Shown here piece by piece: positions 15,227-24,905 of a stretch of DNA of 32,000 nt. How positions within the stretch are numbered: the first letter of the stretch is position 1; every line of letters starts with the position of its first letter. The notes under the pieces were generated by a model. That model was not told the origin of the DNA, ran no database searches, and saw nothing but the letters and a program-made list of their open reading frames with translations. This DNA is from Coprobacillaceae bacterium (GTDB lineage: Bacteria; Bacillota_I; Bacilli_A; Erysipelotrichales; Coprobacillaceae). Location: the NCBI GenBank assembly GCA_963675515.1, contig OY776328.1, positions 330,001-362,000 on the forward strand. Direction: 5' to 3'. The translations under genes and the position numbers were made by a program.

Positions 15227-15249
15227 TCCGATTGTATCGGATTTTTTTT
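15225..15249 (+). terminator. Rho-independent terminator ending the pilus-like operon
   Basis: AATCCGAT (15225-15232) / ATCGGATT (15236-15243), loop TGT, then an 8-T run. Confidence 0.75.
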
Positions 15250-15297
15250 GCTTTACATCAATTTGGAAAAATGCGCCATATTTTTGCAACTTTTCCC

Positions 15298-15326
15298 TTG
15301 ATTTCCAAAAACAAATTGTGTATAAT
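15298..15326 (+). promoter_or_regulatory. Sigma-A promoter of the carAB leader (extended -10)
   Basis: TTGATT (15298-15303), 17 nt ending in TGTG, TATAAT (15321-15326). Confidence 0.6.
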
Positions 15327-15351
15327 CTTTCAAGGAAAAGGAGTGATTGTG

Positions 15352-15426
15352 ATGCCAAAACTGACAGCTGAAGTAAATATTTGTGTATCACAAGGCAAAT
15401 TTTTTATCGTTGGTTTTTGTTGTTAA
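15352..15426 (+). CDS. Possible 24-aa leader peptide (MPKLTAEVNICVSQGKFFIVGFCC)
   Basis: AAAAGGAG sits 8 nt upstream. The stop TAA (15424-15426) overlaps the first bases of the terminator stem. Confidence 0.3.
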   Translation: MPKLTAEVNICVSQGKFFIVGFCC

Positions 15427-15458
15427 CACGTTATCCTTATAGGTGACGTGTTTTTTTT
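15425..15458 (+). terminator. Leader terminator (attenuator) upstream of carA
   Basis: AACACGT (15425-15431) / ACGTGTT (15446-15452) with an inner CCT/AGG stem, followed by 8 T. It lies 22 nt upstream of the carA ATG and RBS. Confidence 0.65.
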
Positions 15459-15479
15459 AAAAATAATAAGGAGGATTTT

Positions 15480-16559
15480 ATGAAAGCATATTTAATTTTG
15501 GAAGATGGAAATGTGTTTGAAGGTGAAAGCATCGGCGCTAAAAAAGAAATCATTAGCGAGTTTGTATTCAACACGTCGATGACAGGGTACCTGGAAGTGT
15601 TGACAGACCCATCTTACTGTGGCCAATCGGTTGTAATGACATACCCGTTGATTGGGAATTACGGAGTGGCTTTGGAAGATCAGGAATCTTCAAGAGCTTT
15701 CCTGTCGGGATTCGTTGTCAAGGAGCTGGCGCGATTGGGAAGCAATTTTAGAAAAAACGTCGAATTGTCACAATACCTGGTTTCTCAAGATGTCGCTGGA
15801 ATTCAGGGTGTCGACACCAGAGCGATCACTAAAATCATCCGTAAAAAAGGCTGCATGAACGGCATGATCACTACAAACAAATATGAAAACCTGGATGAAG
15901 TTCTTGAAAAAATCAAAGCTTTCAAAGTTACCGGAGTTGTGGAAAAAACAACTTGCGATCAACCTTACACTTTAGGTGAAGGTGACAAAAGAGTTGCCTT
16001 GATGGATTTCGGGGCCAAACGCAATATCGCAAAATCACTGGTAAAGCGCGGATACCAAGTGACCGTTTATCCTGCAAGCACGAAGGCTGAAACAGTGTTG
16101 GCTGAAAATTATGATGGAATAATGCTTTCAAACGGAGCCGGAGACCCGGAAGAAAACGTTGAAATCATCAAGGAAATCAAGAAACTCAGCGAATCAAATG
16201 TGCCTATTTTCGCAATTTGCCTGGGTCACCAGCTGATGGGTCTGGCTCACGGATTCCATACTGAAAAAATGAAATACGGACACCACGGTGCAAACCATCC
16301 GGTAAAGGATCTGGTAAGCGGTCGCGTCTATATTTCAACTCAAAACCACAACTACGTAATTGACGAAAAAACCATCGATCCTAACGTCGCTGAAGTATGG
16401 TTCAAGAATGTCAACGACGACACTCTGGAAGGTCTGGTTTATAAAAACAAAAACATCAAGACAGTTCAATTCCATCCGGAAGCCTGTGCCGGGCCTTTGG
16501 ATACGGATGCCTTATTTGATGAATTCACAATAATGATGGGAGGAAATGTTAATGCCTAG
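15480..16559 (+). CDS. carA: Carbamoyl-phosphate synthase small (glutaminase) subunit
   Basis: MKAYLILEDG..F.G N-terminus, catalytic GICLGHQL (here AICLGHQLM) and a late HP..E motif (FHPEA). Confidence 0.92.
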   Translation: MKAYLILEDGNVFEGESIGAKKEIISEFVFNTSMTGYLEVLTDPSYCGQSVVMTYPLIGNYGVALEDQESSRAFLSGFVVKELARLGSNFRKNVELSQYLVSQDVAGIQGVDTRAITKIIRKKGCMNGMITTNKYENLDEVLEKIKAFKVTGVVEKTTCDQPYTLGEGDKRVALMDFGAKRNIAKSLVKRGYQVTVYPASTKAETVLAENYDGIMLSNGAGDPEENVEIIKEIKKLSESNVPIFAICLGHQLMGLAHGFHTEKMKYGHHGANHPVKDLVSGRVYISTQNHNYVIDEKTIDPNVAEVWFKNVNDDTLEGLVYKNKNIKTVQFHPEACAGPLDTDALFDEFTIMMGGNVNA

Positions 16560-19500
16560 AGACAATTCGATTAAAAAAGTATTGGTTATTGGTTCGGGAC
16601 CAATTATCATTGGTCAGGCGGCTGAATTCGATTATGCTGGGACTCAGGCTTGTCGCGCCTTAAAGGAAGAAGGTTGTGAGGTAGTCCTGATCAACTCGAA
16701 CCCAGCCACAATCATGACGGATAAGGATATAGCTGACAAGGTATTTATTGAGCCGTTGACTGTTCCGGTTGTTAAAAAGCTGATCCTGCAAGAAAAGCCG
16801 GATTCGATCTTGCCGACTCTTGGTGGTCAAAACGCCTTGAACATCGCAATGGCTTTGGCTGATGAAGGTTTCCTGGAACAAAATAATGTCCGTACTATCG
16901 GAACATCTACCGATACAATCAAGATGGCCGAAGACCGTCTGGAATTCAAGGAAGCGATGGAGCATATCAATGAACCATGTACAGCTTCAAAAGTCATCAC
17001 CATTGTCGATGACGCTATAGAGTTCGCGAACCAGATCGGGTACCCGGTTGTTGTCCGTCCTGCCTATACATTAGGAGGATCAGGTGGGGGTATCGCCCAT
17101 AACGATAAAGAATTAAGAGAAATCGCCGGAAACGGTCTGCGCCTTTCACGGGTTACCCAATGTTTGATAGAAAAATCAATCGCCGGATGGAAAGAAGTCG
17201 AGTATGAAGTGATGCGTGACAGCAAGGGGAACTGCATCACAGTATGTAACATGGAAAATCTTGACCCGGTTGGCGTTCATACCGGAGACAGTATCGTAGT
17301 TGCTCCTTCGCAGACTTTGTCAGACAAGGAATATCAGATGTTGCGTACATCGGCGTTGAACATCATCTCTTATTTGGGAATCGAAGGAGGATGTAACGTC
17401 CAATACGCATTGAATCCTGACAGCTTTGAATACGCTGTTATCGAAGTCAACCCACGGGTTTCACGTTCTTCGGCCCTGGCTTCTAAAGCGACGGGTTATC
17501 CAATCGCCAAACTGGCTGCAAAAATCGCATTGGGATACACACTTGATGAAATCAAAAACGCGGTAACCCAAAAGACATACGCTTCATACGAACCGACTTT
17601 GGACTATATCGTATGCAAAATCCCAAAATGGCCTTTTGACAAGTTTGTGGGATCATCTCGCGAGTTGGGAACTCAAATGAAGGCTACCGGTGAAGTTATG
17701 GCTATCTGCGACAACTTTGAAGGGGCTTTGATGAAAGCATTGAGATCCTTGGAACAAAACTTCTATTATCTTGAACCAAACGGCTTGGAAGATCTGTCAG
17801 TTGAAGATATAGAAGTCAAACTTAAAGATGTGGATGACCAACGTTTGTTTGCGGTTGCCCAAGCAATCCGTCTTGGTGTCAGCGAGCAAAGAATCCATGA
17901 TATCACAAAAATCGATCTTTGGTTCATCGACAAGGTCAAGCATCTCGTTGAAATCGAGCAAAGCATCCAAAACGAGGAATTGACTGAAGAATTGTTGACA
18001 CTGGCTAAACACCACCAGTTCCCGAACCGCGTTATTGCCGCTTTGACTGGAAAGACTGTTCAGGAAGTCAAAGATCTGACAGAACAATATAATATCCAAT
18101 CGGTGTACAAGATGGTAGATACTTGTGCGGCGGAATTCGACGCATCAACGCCATACTACTATTCAATTCAAGGCGATGTCAACGAAGCTGAAGTTGACCA
18201 CAGCCGCAAAAAAGTCATGGTATTGGGTTCCGGGCCAATCAGAATCGGTCAAGGTATCGAATTCGATTACTGTTCAGTTCACTCAGTATGGGCGCTTAAA
18301 GATGCCGGATATGACACAATCATCGTCAACAACAACCCGGAAACCGTATCTACGGATTTCGATATCGCCGACAGACTTTATTTCGAACCTCTGACTCCTG
18401 AAGATGTTGAAAACATTGTAAAGGTTGAAAAACCTGACGGTGCGATTGTTCAGTTCGGTGGACAGACAGCGATCAAGTTGACCAAAGCATTGATGGAAAT
18501 GGGTGTGAATATCCTGGGGACAGCCGCTGACGATGTCGATGCTGCCGAAGACAGGGAACGTTTCGACCAGATCCTGGAAAAATGCGGAATCGACAGACCA
18601 AAAGGTTCGACAATCTTCACTGAAGAAGAAGCTCTTGAAGTTGCCAATAAGCTGGGTTATCCGGTTTTGGTCCGTCCATCGTACGTGTTGGGTGGAGCCG
18701 GAATGGAGATTGCCTTGAACGACTCTGATGTCCGCAAGTTCATCCGAATTGTCAACAAGACTTACCAGGAACATCCGATCCTGATCGACAAATACCTGAT
18801 GGGTAAAGAAGTCGAAGTCGATGCGGTATGTGACGGTCATGATATTTTGATTCCTGGGATCATGGAACATATTGAAAGAGCCGGAGTCCACTCTGGTGAC
18901 AGCATCTCGGTATATCCAACCCAAAAGGTTAAAGAGGAATTGAAGGACGTAATTGTCGATTACACAAGACGCCTTGCAAAAGCGCTGAATGTCATCGGTC
19001 TGATCAACATCCAGTTCATCCTTTACGATGATCAGGTTTACGTTATCGAAGTAAATCCTCGTTCTTCAAGAACAATTCCATATATTTCCAAAGTTACCGA
19101 CTTGCCGATTGTTGAAATAGCGACTAAGGCAATCATGGGTAAAACCATTCCTGAGCTAGGATACAGCTATGGTATCGCTCCGGAAAAAGAAACTATCGCA
19201 GTAAAAATGCCGGTTTTCTCTTTCGAAAAAATCAAGGGTGCTGAAATTTCACTTGGCCCTGAAATGAAGTCAACCGGGGAAGTGCTGGGGGTTTCTAAAA
19301 ACTATGATGAAGCCATCTATAAGGCGTTCCTGGGTGCCGGTTATGACCTGCCTAAAAAGAAGAACATCATCTGCACTGTCAAAGACAGCGACAAAGAAGA
19401 GTTCTTGCCGATTGCAAAACAATATTACCAATTCGGATATGACTTGTATGCGACAAGCGGTACTTACCAATACCTTGTTGATCATGGATGTCCTTGCAAC

Positions 19501-19746
19501 CTGATCAATAGAATCGATGCCAAAGAAAATACAGTATTCGACCTGATGTATGCTGAAACTGTCGACCTGATTATCGATACACCAACCCGTAACGACAATC
19601 TCAAAGACGGATTCCTGATCAGAAGATTCGCGGTTGAAGCCGGAATTCCAATCTTCACTTCATTGGATACTGCCCAAGCGCTCATCACATGTCTTCAAAA
19701 CAAAGATAAGTTTGAATCGACTTTGGTCGACATATCTAAAATATAA
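16552..19746 (+). CDS. carB: Carbamoyl-phosphate synthase large subunit
   Basis: MPRDNSIKKVLVIGSGPIIIGQAAEFDYAGTQA, a duplicated ATP-grasp (second copy KVMVLGSGPIRIGQGIEFDY), and an MGS-like C-terminus. The ATG overlaps the carA stop. Confidence 0.95.
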   Translation: MPRDNSIKKVLVIGSGPIIIGQAAEFDYAGTQACRALKEEGCEVVLINSNPATIMTDKDIADKVFIEPLTVPVVKKLILQEKPDSILPTLGGQNALNIAMALADEGFLEQNNVRTIGTSTDTIKMAEDRLEFKEAMEHINEPCTASKVITIVDDAIEFANQIGYPVVVRPAYTLGGSGGGIAHNDKELREIAGNGLRLSRVTQCLIEKSIAGWKEVEYEVMRDSKGNCITVCNMENLDPVGVHTGDSIVVAPSQTLSDKEYQMLRTSALNIISYLGIEGGCNVQYALNPDSFEYAVIEVNPRVSRSSALASKATGYPIAKLAAKIALGYTLDEIKNAVTQKTYASYEPTLDYIVCKIPKWPFDKFVGSSRELGTQMKATGEVMAICDNFEGALMKALRSLEQNFYYLEPNGLEDLSVEDIEVKLKDVDDQRLFAVAQAIRLGVSEQRIHDITKIDLWFIDKVKHLVEIEQSIQNEELTEELLTLAKHHQFPNRVIAALTGKTVQEVKDLTEQYNIQSVYKMVDTCAAEFDASTPYYYSIQGDVNEAEVDHSRKKVMVLGSGPIRIGQGIEFDYCSVHSVWALKDAGYDTIIVNNNPETVSTDFDIADRLYFEPLTPEDVENIVKVEKPDGAIVQFGGQTAIKLTKALMEMGVNILGTAADDVDAAEDRERFDQILEKCGIDRPKGSTIFTEEEALEVANKLGYPVLVRPSYVLGGAGMEIALNDSDVRKFIRIVNKTYQEHPILIDKYLMGKEVEVDAVCDGHDILIPGIMEHIERAGVHSGDSISVYPTQKVKEELKDVIVDYTRRLAKALNVIGLINIQFILYDDQVYVIEVNPRSSRTIPYISKVTDLPIVEIATKAIMGKTIPELGYSYGIAPEKETIAVKMPVFSFEKIKGAEISLGPEMKSTGEVLGVSKNYDEAIYKAFLGAGYDLPKKKNIICTVKDSDKEEFLPIAKQYYQFGYDLYATSGTYQYLVDHGCPCNLINRIDAKENTVFDLMYAETVDLIIDTPTRNDNLKDGFLIRRFAVEAGIPIFTSLDTAQALITCLQNKDKFESTLVDISKI

Positions 19747-19748
19747 TC

Positions 19749-19790
19749 AAAAAAATCACCTGGACCGGAATTGGTTCAGGTGATTTTTTA
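19749..19790. terminator. Bidirectional terminator between convergent carB and HAD genes
   Basis: An A-run, then ATCACCTGGACC / GGTTCAGGTGAT hairpin (one mismatch), then a T-run. Confidence 0.7.
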
Positions 19791-19793
19791 ATG

Positions 19794-20573
19794 TCATACC
19801 AAGAAAAGTCTGAGGTGGATGCAGGCATTGTAGATGCCGTCGTCTTCGATTTCGCTTGTGATATGGTTTGCGATTTCCTTTACCAAGTCATGGCTGTTGC
19901 CCATCGCCACACCGATCGATGCGTTTGCAATCATTTCGAGATCGTTCAGCGAGTCGCCAAATCCGATGTAATCATCGCAGCCATAAAGCTTGCAAAGAAG
20001 CTCGATTCCGGTTTTCTTAGACGAATTCGCCAGGGTCAGGTCGCAATATGATGACATGCCTGGAATCGCATTGAGTCCGGGAATGCATTTGAAATCACGG
20101 TAGTCGTAGTTCTCAGGTCCATAGGCCACCATGGCGCCGATGTTTTCACCCTGGTACTTTCCGATCGGGGGGATCGAGTTGTTCAGGAACGCCCGGGCCC
20201 GATGGACGTCCTCGTTGGCAGGCTGGGTTATGAACCGCTCTGGTCCTTTGAGGACAAGGGGGATGTCAAGATTTGAGGCAAGTTCAACAGCCATGAGGAC
20301 AGTATCACTTGAAAAATAGTCCTCATGGATCAGTTCCATATTGGCGTCATATACACTCTGGCCGTTGTTCAAGACAAATCCGTCAAACCGGAATTGCCTT
20401 GTCAGTCCGGTGTCGATCAGTGATTGCCGCGATCTTCCGGTGGCGACGCCTAGTTTGTAGCCAGCCGCGCGAAGTTGTTTCAAAGCGGACAATGCTGACT
20501 GGGGCAAAGTCGGATGGGCACTGGAAATCAGGGTCCCATCGACATCGAAAAAAATCATTTGTTTTTGAATCAT
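19794..20573 (-). CDS. Cof-type HAD family hydrolase
   Basis: MIQKQMIFFDVDGTL motif I, ATGRS motif II and GDSLNDLEM motif IV. The start at 20573 is chosen because it forms an ATGA overlap with the upstream stop. ATG 20558 is an alternative, and the ORF-track start at 20642 runs into the upstream gene. Confidence 0.8.
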   Translation of the reverse strand: MIQKQMIFFDVDGTLISSAHPTLPQSALSALKQLRAAGYKLGVATGRSRQSLIDTGLTRQFRFDGFVLNNGQSVYDANMELIHEDYFSSDTVLMAVELASNLDIPLVLKGPERFITQPANEDVHRARAFLNNSIPPIGKYQGENIGAMVAYGPENYDYRDFKCIPGLNAIPGMSSYCDLTLANSSKKTGIELLCKLYGCDDYIGFGDSLNDLEMIANASIGVAMGNSHDLVKEIANHITSEIEDDGIYNACIHLRLFLV

Positions 20574-21250
20574 TTGTTTTGCATAGGCATGTGGCTTAAA
20601 ACTGAACCGGCCAACTTGTTGATAGGCATCGATTGGAGCCACACTTTTCCAGGTCCGGTAACAATTGTATTAAACAAGCCCTCTCCTCCTAATAATTTGT
20701 TTTTCAATCCGGGGACTTGGACGATATCGAACGAACAAGAGTTTTCCATCATCGCCAGATGGCCGCTGTCGATCACTATTTGCTGGCCTGGAGCCAAGTC
20801 ATACTCGATACAGCTTCCATCGATTTCGATAAATGCAATACCGCTTCCCGAAAGTTTGTTCATGATGAAGCCCTCGCCGCCAAACAGGCCTGCTCCTAAT
20901 TTTCGTTGGATGGCGATGTCGAGATCGACTGTCTGTTCACAGGCAAGGAAAGATGACTTCTGGACAATCAGCTCGTTTCCGGGACTGATTTCCACGGCCC
21001 TGATGTTACCTGGAAACGAAGATGCAAAAGCGATATTGGCTTTTCCGCTTTGACAGGTGTAATGGTTAAGGAACAGTGATTCGCCACTAAGCAGCCGGCC
21101 GAACATTTTTTTCATTCCGGATCCTGTGGTTTCCATTCTTATTCCCGAATCCATCCATGACATTCCGCCACCTTCAGTTACAATTGTTTCGCCCTGGTTG
21201 AGAGTGCAGATGACAACAGGCAAGTTGTCTCCGACAATTTGATATTCCAT
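20570..21250 (-). CDS. AIM24/DUF124 (TIGR00266) family protein
   Basis: MEYQIVGDNLPVVICTLNQGETIVTEGGGMSWMD, and later GEGLFNTIVTGPGKVWLQSMP, are characteristic of this family from memory. Confidence 0.7.
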   Translation of the reverse strand: MEYQIVGDNLPVVICTLNQGETIVTEGGGMSWMDSGIRMETTGSGMKKMFGRLLSGESLFLNHYTCQSGKANIAFASSFPGNIRAVEISPGNELIVQKSSFLACEQTVDLDIAIQRKLGAGLFGGEGFIMNKLSGSGIAFIEIDGSCIEYDLAPGQQIVIDSGHLAMMENSCSFDIVQVPGLKNKLLGGEGLFNTIVTGPGKVWLQSMPINKLAGSVLSHMPMQNK

Positions 21251-21253
21251 TGC

Positions 21254-22282
21254 TCAGGCTCCTTTTATGACGCAGACTGGTTGGTTGATCTTGAATGACG
21301 ATGTCGAACGGACCAGGGTTTCGTTTGTTTCATTCAAAAAGAACAATTCAATTTCGTTGGCGTCCTGGCATGCTGTGAACACGTATTTGTCATCGACAAT
21401 GCAAAAGTCCCGCGGGGTTGCCCCGGTGTGGACCATGTAGAGCAAGGCCAGCTCGCCACTATCCTGGTCGATCCGATAGAACGAGAGGGAATTGTGGCCC
21501 CGGTTGGATACGAGCAGGTGGTTGTTCGAGTCGGTTATTTTGATTGCGCTCGCACTGTTTTGCCCCTTGTAGTGATCTGGTTTGGCCTTGATCCGCTGGA
21601 AGAATTCGAAATGACCGTCATTGTATTTGTAACAATCGATCTTGTTGACGATCTCGCAGACCACATACGCAAATCTTCCGCTATGGTCGAAAACCATATG
21701 ACGGGGACCGCTTCCTGGGGTGACCATGACCGTCCTGCTGCGATCTTCAATCAGTTTGCCGTTTTCGATTGAGTAAATCACAATCTTGTCGGCACCCAGG
21801 TCGATTGTATAGTAGTATTTGTCATCAGGTGTCTGACCGACCATATGGGGGTGGGCGGAAGTCTGCCGCAGATGGATATCCGGACCGATTCCGGTATTTA
21901 TGAACGAATCAAGTTCCCGGGTGATCAAAGGAAAATCAAGTTTGAAAAGATCGGTTGTTCCACCATGATAGTTCGCCCCAAGAATATGACTGGTGTCATG
22001 ATTGACAAAGACATGGGTATAACTGCAACCGTAAGCGGACACATGGCTGAGCCGGCGGATGTCTTCGCCCTTGAGTTCGTAGCTTGCCAACCCCCCTTGG
22101 GTTTCGCTTGTGCCACTGTTTTTCAAAGATGCAAACAAGTAATTGTCTACCCGGGTAAGATATGATGGAAAATCCTGAGTGACCAGCCAACGGTCAAGTT
22201 TGAATTTGAGCGTTCTTTTATCGAAATCAATCAAATATATTCCTTTTTCCTTTTTATCATAGGAACTAGCCAAAATTTTCAT
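21254..22282 (-). CDS. Lactonase, 7-bladed beta-propeller family (6-phosphogluconolactonase-like)
   Basis: Repeated blade pattern, GSGPRHMVFDHSGRFAYVVCE and SAHPHMV, with a strong GGAGGG RBS. Confidence 0.7.
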   Translation of the reverse strand: MKILASSYDKKEKGIYLIDFDKRTLKFKLDRWLVTQDFPSYLTRVDNYLFASLKNSGTSETQGGLASYELKGEDIRRLSHVSAYGCSYTHVFVNHDTSHILGANYHGGTTDLFKLDFPLITRELDSFINTGIGPDIHLRQTSAHPHMVGQTPDDKYYYTIDLGADKIVIYSIENGKLIEDRSRTVMVTPGSGPRHMVFDHSGRFAYVVCEIVNKIDCYKYNDGHFEFFQRIKAKPDHYKGQNSASAIKITDSNNHLLVSNRGHNSLSFYRIDQDSGELALLYMVHTGATPRDFCIVDDKYVFTACQDANEIELFFLNETNETLVRSTSSFKINQPVCVIKGA

Positions 22283-22486
22283 TGAAAATCCCTCCTCGCT
22301 GGGTAAATTATATCATAATTGGAGTTTATATGCCCTTTTTTTAGCAAAAAATGAAACCGGGGCAGCATTGATGTTTGGCAAAGTTAAGCTTGGAATTGTG
22401 ATCAATCCAAAAAATTGAATGGCCCATAAAAATATGTACAAGATTTCGTAATTAATATATAATAATAGCATTAGGAGGCTGGAATA

Positions 22487-22978
22487 ATGGAAAAACGCTT
22501 ATTATTGAGTTTATTGGAAACTAACGCCCGCTTTGAAGTGACCGACTTGGCTGCGGCATTAAATGAAACTGAAGAAGCGGTAAAATCCGCAATGAAAGAA
22601 CTGGAAGCCGAAAACATCATCGCCGGTTACCATACCCTGATCAACTGGGATAAGACAAATACCGATGCGGTTACTGCTTTGATTCAGATAAGTGCGGACC
22701 CGGTTCGTGATTACGGATATGAATTAGTCGCCCGTAAAATACAACAATACAGTGAGATAGATTCTTTGTTTTTGCTAAGTGGAAGTTATGAATTTTTATG
22801 TATAATAAAGGGAAGGACCATGCAAGAAGTGGCTCAGTTTGTGAATCGCAAACTGGCACCAATTGAAGGGGTAACCGGGACAGAAACATACTTCGTCTTG
22901 AAACAGTACAAGGCTTCAGGAATCATGCTGAATGACGAAGACAGTGATGTGGATGAACGGTTATTGGTATCAGCTTAA
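22487..22978 (+). CDS. Lrp/AsnC family transcriptional regulator
   Basis: N-terminal HTH (LSLLETNARFEVTDLAAALNETEEAVKSAMKELEAENII) plus a C-terminal RAM/AsnC_trans_reg fold. It is coupled (TAATG) to the aminotransferase, as in B. subtilis alaR-alaT. Confidence 0.8.
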   Translation: MEKRLLLSLLETNARFEVTDLAAALNETEEAVKSAMKELEAENIIAGYHTLINWDKTNTDAVTALIQISADPVRDYGYELVARKIQQYSEIDSLFLLSGSYEFLCIIKGRTMQEVAQFVNRKLAPIEGVTGTETYFVLKQYKASGIMLNDEDSDVDERLLVSA

Positions 22979-24144
22979 TGGATTTTGAAAATATCTTCAA
23001 TGAACAAGTGATAAAAATAAAACCTTCGGGAATCAGGAGGTTTTTCGATCTGGCCAATACGATGGAGGGTGTGATTTCCCTTGGTGTTGGCGAACCTGAT
23101 TTCGATACACCTTGGAAAGTAAGGGAAGCTGCGATTTATTCAATTGAAAAGGGTCGGACTTTCTATACGGCCAATGCCGGTTTGCTGGAGTTGAGACAGG
23201 AAATATGCAAATACAATAAAAGAAGATTCGATCTGGATTATTATCCTGAAGGCGAATGCCTGGTAACAGTCGGCGGTTCCGAAGCGATCGACCTGGCTTT
23301 TCGAAGTCTGATCAATCCCGGTGATGAAGTGATTCTGCTTTCACCCAACTATGTCGCGTACACGCCTGGGGTTGAGTTGGCAGGCGGGGTTGTCAAGAAC
23401 ATCTTTTTAACGGATGAAAATGACTTCAAACTGACGCCGGAACTTCTAAGGGCTGCCCTCAGCGACAAGACCAAGGCCATCCTGTTGAACTTCCCGTCAA
23501 ATCCGACCGGCGGGGTCATGACCAGTGAAGATTATGAAAAGATCGTTCCTATTTTGGAGGAGAGTGGCATCATGATCATTTCAGACGAGATATATGCCGA
23601 ACTCTCATATGATCATGAATTCTGTTCGATTGCATCATTTGAGCAAATCAAGGATCAGACAATCATCATCAGCGGATTCTCAAAAGCTTTCGCTATGACT
23701 GGTTGGCGGCTGGGATATGTCCTGGCTCACAAAAAAGTGATTTCGATGATGACGAAAATCCATCAGTACGTGATCATGAGTTCGCCTACAGCGGCGCAAT
23801 ATGCAGGTATCGAGGCGTTGCGCAATTGTGACCTTGAAGTTGAAAAAATGCGCGAGTCTTATATGTTGAGACGGAATTACATCACCAAGTCTTTCAATGA
23901 TCTGGGGTTGAAAACATTCCTGCCTCAGGGCGCTTTCTATATTTTTCCGAATATCAAGTCAACCGGAATGACCAGTGAGGAATTCTGTGAACAGCTGTTG
24001 GCTGCAAAAAAGGTGGCATGCGTTCCAGGTTCTGCATTCGGCGAAGCTGGTGAAGGTTATATCCGTGTCAGCTACGCATATTCGATTGAACAGATAAAAG
24101 AGGCGGTAAGCCGGATAAAGGAATTTCTGGAAGAGAGAGGATAA
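22978..24144 (+). CDS. Class I/II PLP-dependent aminotransferase (AlaT/AspC-like)
   Basis: GVGEPDFDTP, NPTG, SGFSKAFAMTGWRLGY (PLP-lysine motif) and a late R residue. 388 aa. Confidence 0.85.
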   Translation: MDFENIFNEQVIKIKPSGIRRFFDLANTMEGVISLGVGEPDFDTPWKVREAAIYSIEKGRTFYTANAGLLELRQEICKYNKRRFDLDYYPEGECLVTVGGSEAIDLAFRSLINPGDEVILLSPNYVAYTPGVELAGGVVKNIFLTDENDFKLTPELLRAALSDKTKAILLNFPSNPTGGVMTSEDYEKIVPILEESGIMIISDEIYAELSYDHEFCSIASFEQIKDQTIIISGFSKAFAMTGWRLGYVLAHKKVISMMTKIHQYVIMSSPTAAQYAGIEALRNCDLEVEKMRESYMLRRNYITKSFNDLGLKTFLPQGAFYIFPNIKSTGMTSEEFCEQLLAAKKVACVPGSAFGEAGEGYIRVSYAYSIEQIKEAVSRIKEFLEERG

Positions 24145-24160
24145 CTCTCTTTTTCTTTTT
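24131..24160 (+). terminator. Probable terminator after the aminotransferase gene
   Basis: AGAGAGAG / CTCTCT(T) stem with loop GATAA overlapping the stop, then TTTTCTTTTT. Confidence 0.45.
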
Positions 24161-24251
24161 GTAAACCGTTTTTGCGGTTTCTAAAAAGATGGTTTTTCTT
24201 TAAAAGTCGGCTGATTCCGTTATAATGGAGGTAGAAGGTGAGGAGAGAAAA

Positions 24252-24905
24252 ATGAAAAATTACCAATCTGCCATTGACAAGTCAATAATTGAAGTTAAAA
24301 CGTACCTGCTGAACAATCTGTCCAAGCAGCAGTTGAATAACTACGCATATCTTATCCATTCTTCATATAGCGTCAAGGATCTAAGGAGGAACATCAATCG
24401 CAATGCCAAAGTGCAATTGGCCATATTTTCACTGATCAAGTGCCGCCTGAATGCCGCCACTCGTTATGACGAGCTTGAAGAGGAGCTGGTATATCTGAAC
24501 TTGCTGATCGAACGCAATTTCAAACCGGCATTGGACTACAAATTTTCGCTGACATCAACACTGATAAATAATTTCCGGTTTGACGAGAATCTGGTTATGA
24601 TTATTCGCCATCTTGTAAAATATAGAATATCCATCGTGGATGAACTGGTCGAATATTTTGGCAAACGCCAGGGAATAAGTGTCTATGAAGCGGAAAAAAT
24701 CAGAATAAAGGTTTACCTTGCTGAAGGTGAATATCTCAAAGCATACAAAGCTGTAGACCGGGTTCGAATCGATAGCCTGGGGACATGGAGCGACCGATTG
24801 CAAAAAATCAGCCCGCTACGCTACAACTTGATATTGAAAAGACAGTGTAAAAATGGAAATGACAGGTGTGTAAACTATGTTAACAAGAATGTATTACATC
24901 GTTAG
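24252..24905 (+). CDS. Hypothetical protein (217 aa), no recognisable motif, probably all-helical
   Basis: GAGGAG sits 6 nt upstream of ATG 24252. The ORF-track ATG at 24225 lies inside a TATAAT box (24221-24226). The ORF overlaps the WYL gene by 29 nt. Confidence 0.6.
   Translation: MKNYQSAIDKSIIEVKTYLLNNLSKQQLNNYAYLIHSSYSVKDLRRNINRNAKVQLAIFSLIKCRLNAATRYDELEEELVYLNLLIERNFKPALDYKFSLTSTLINNFRFDENLVMIIRHLVKYRISIVDELVEYFGKRQGISVYEAEKIRIKVYLAEGEYLKAYKAVDRVRIDSLGTWSDRLQKISPLRYNLILKRQCKNGNDRCVNYVNKNVLHR

Noticed and set aside
15327-15479. PyrR-binding attenuator or ArgR/AhrC box controlling carAB
   Set aside because: I could not find the conserved PyrR binding loop (the purine-UCCAGAGAGG-type motif), nor a convincing ARG-box palindrome. 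The mechanism is therefore left open and reported only as a leader-ORF/terminator arrangement.
24225-24251. ORF-track start (MEVEGEERK...) for the hypothetical protein
   Set aside because: ATG 24225 lies inside the TATAAT box and has no RBS. ATG 24252 has GAGGAG at ideal spacing.
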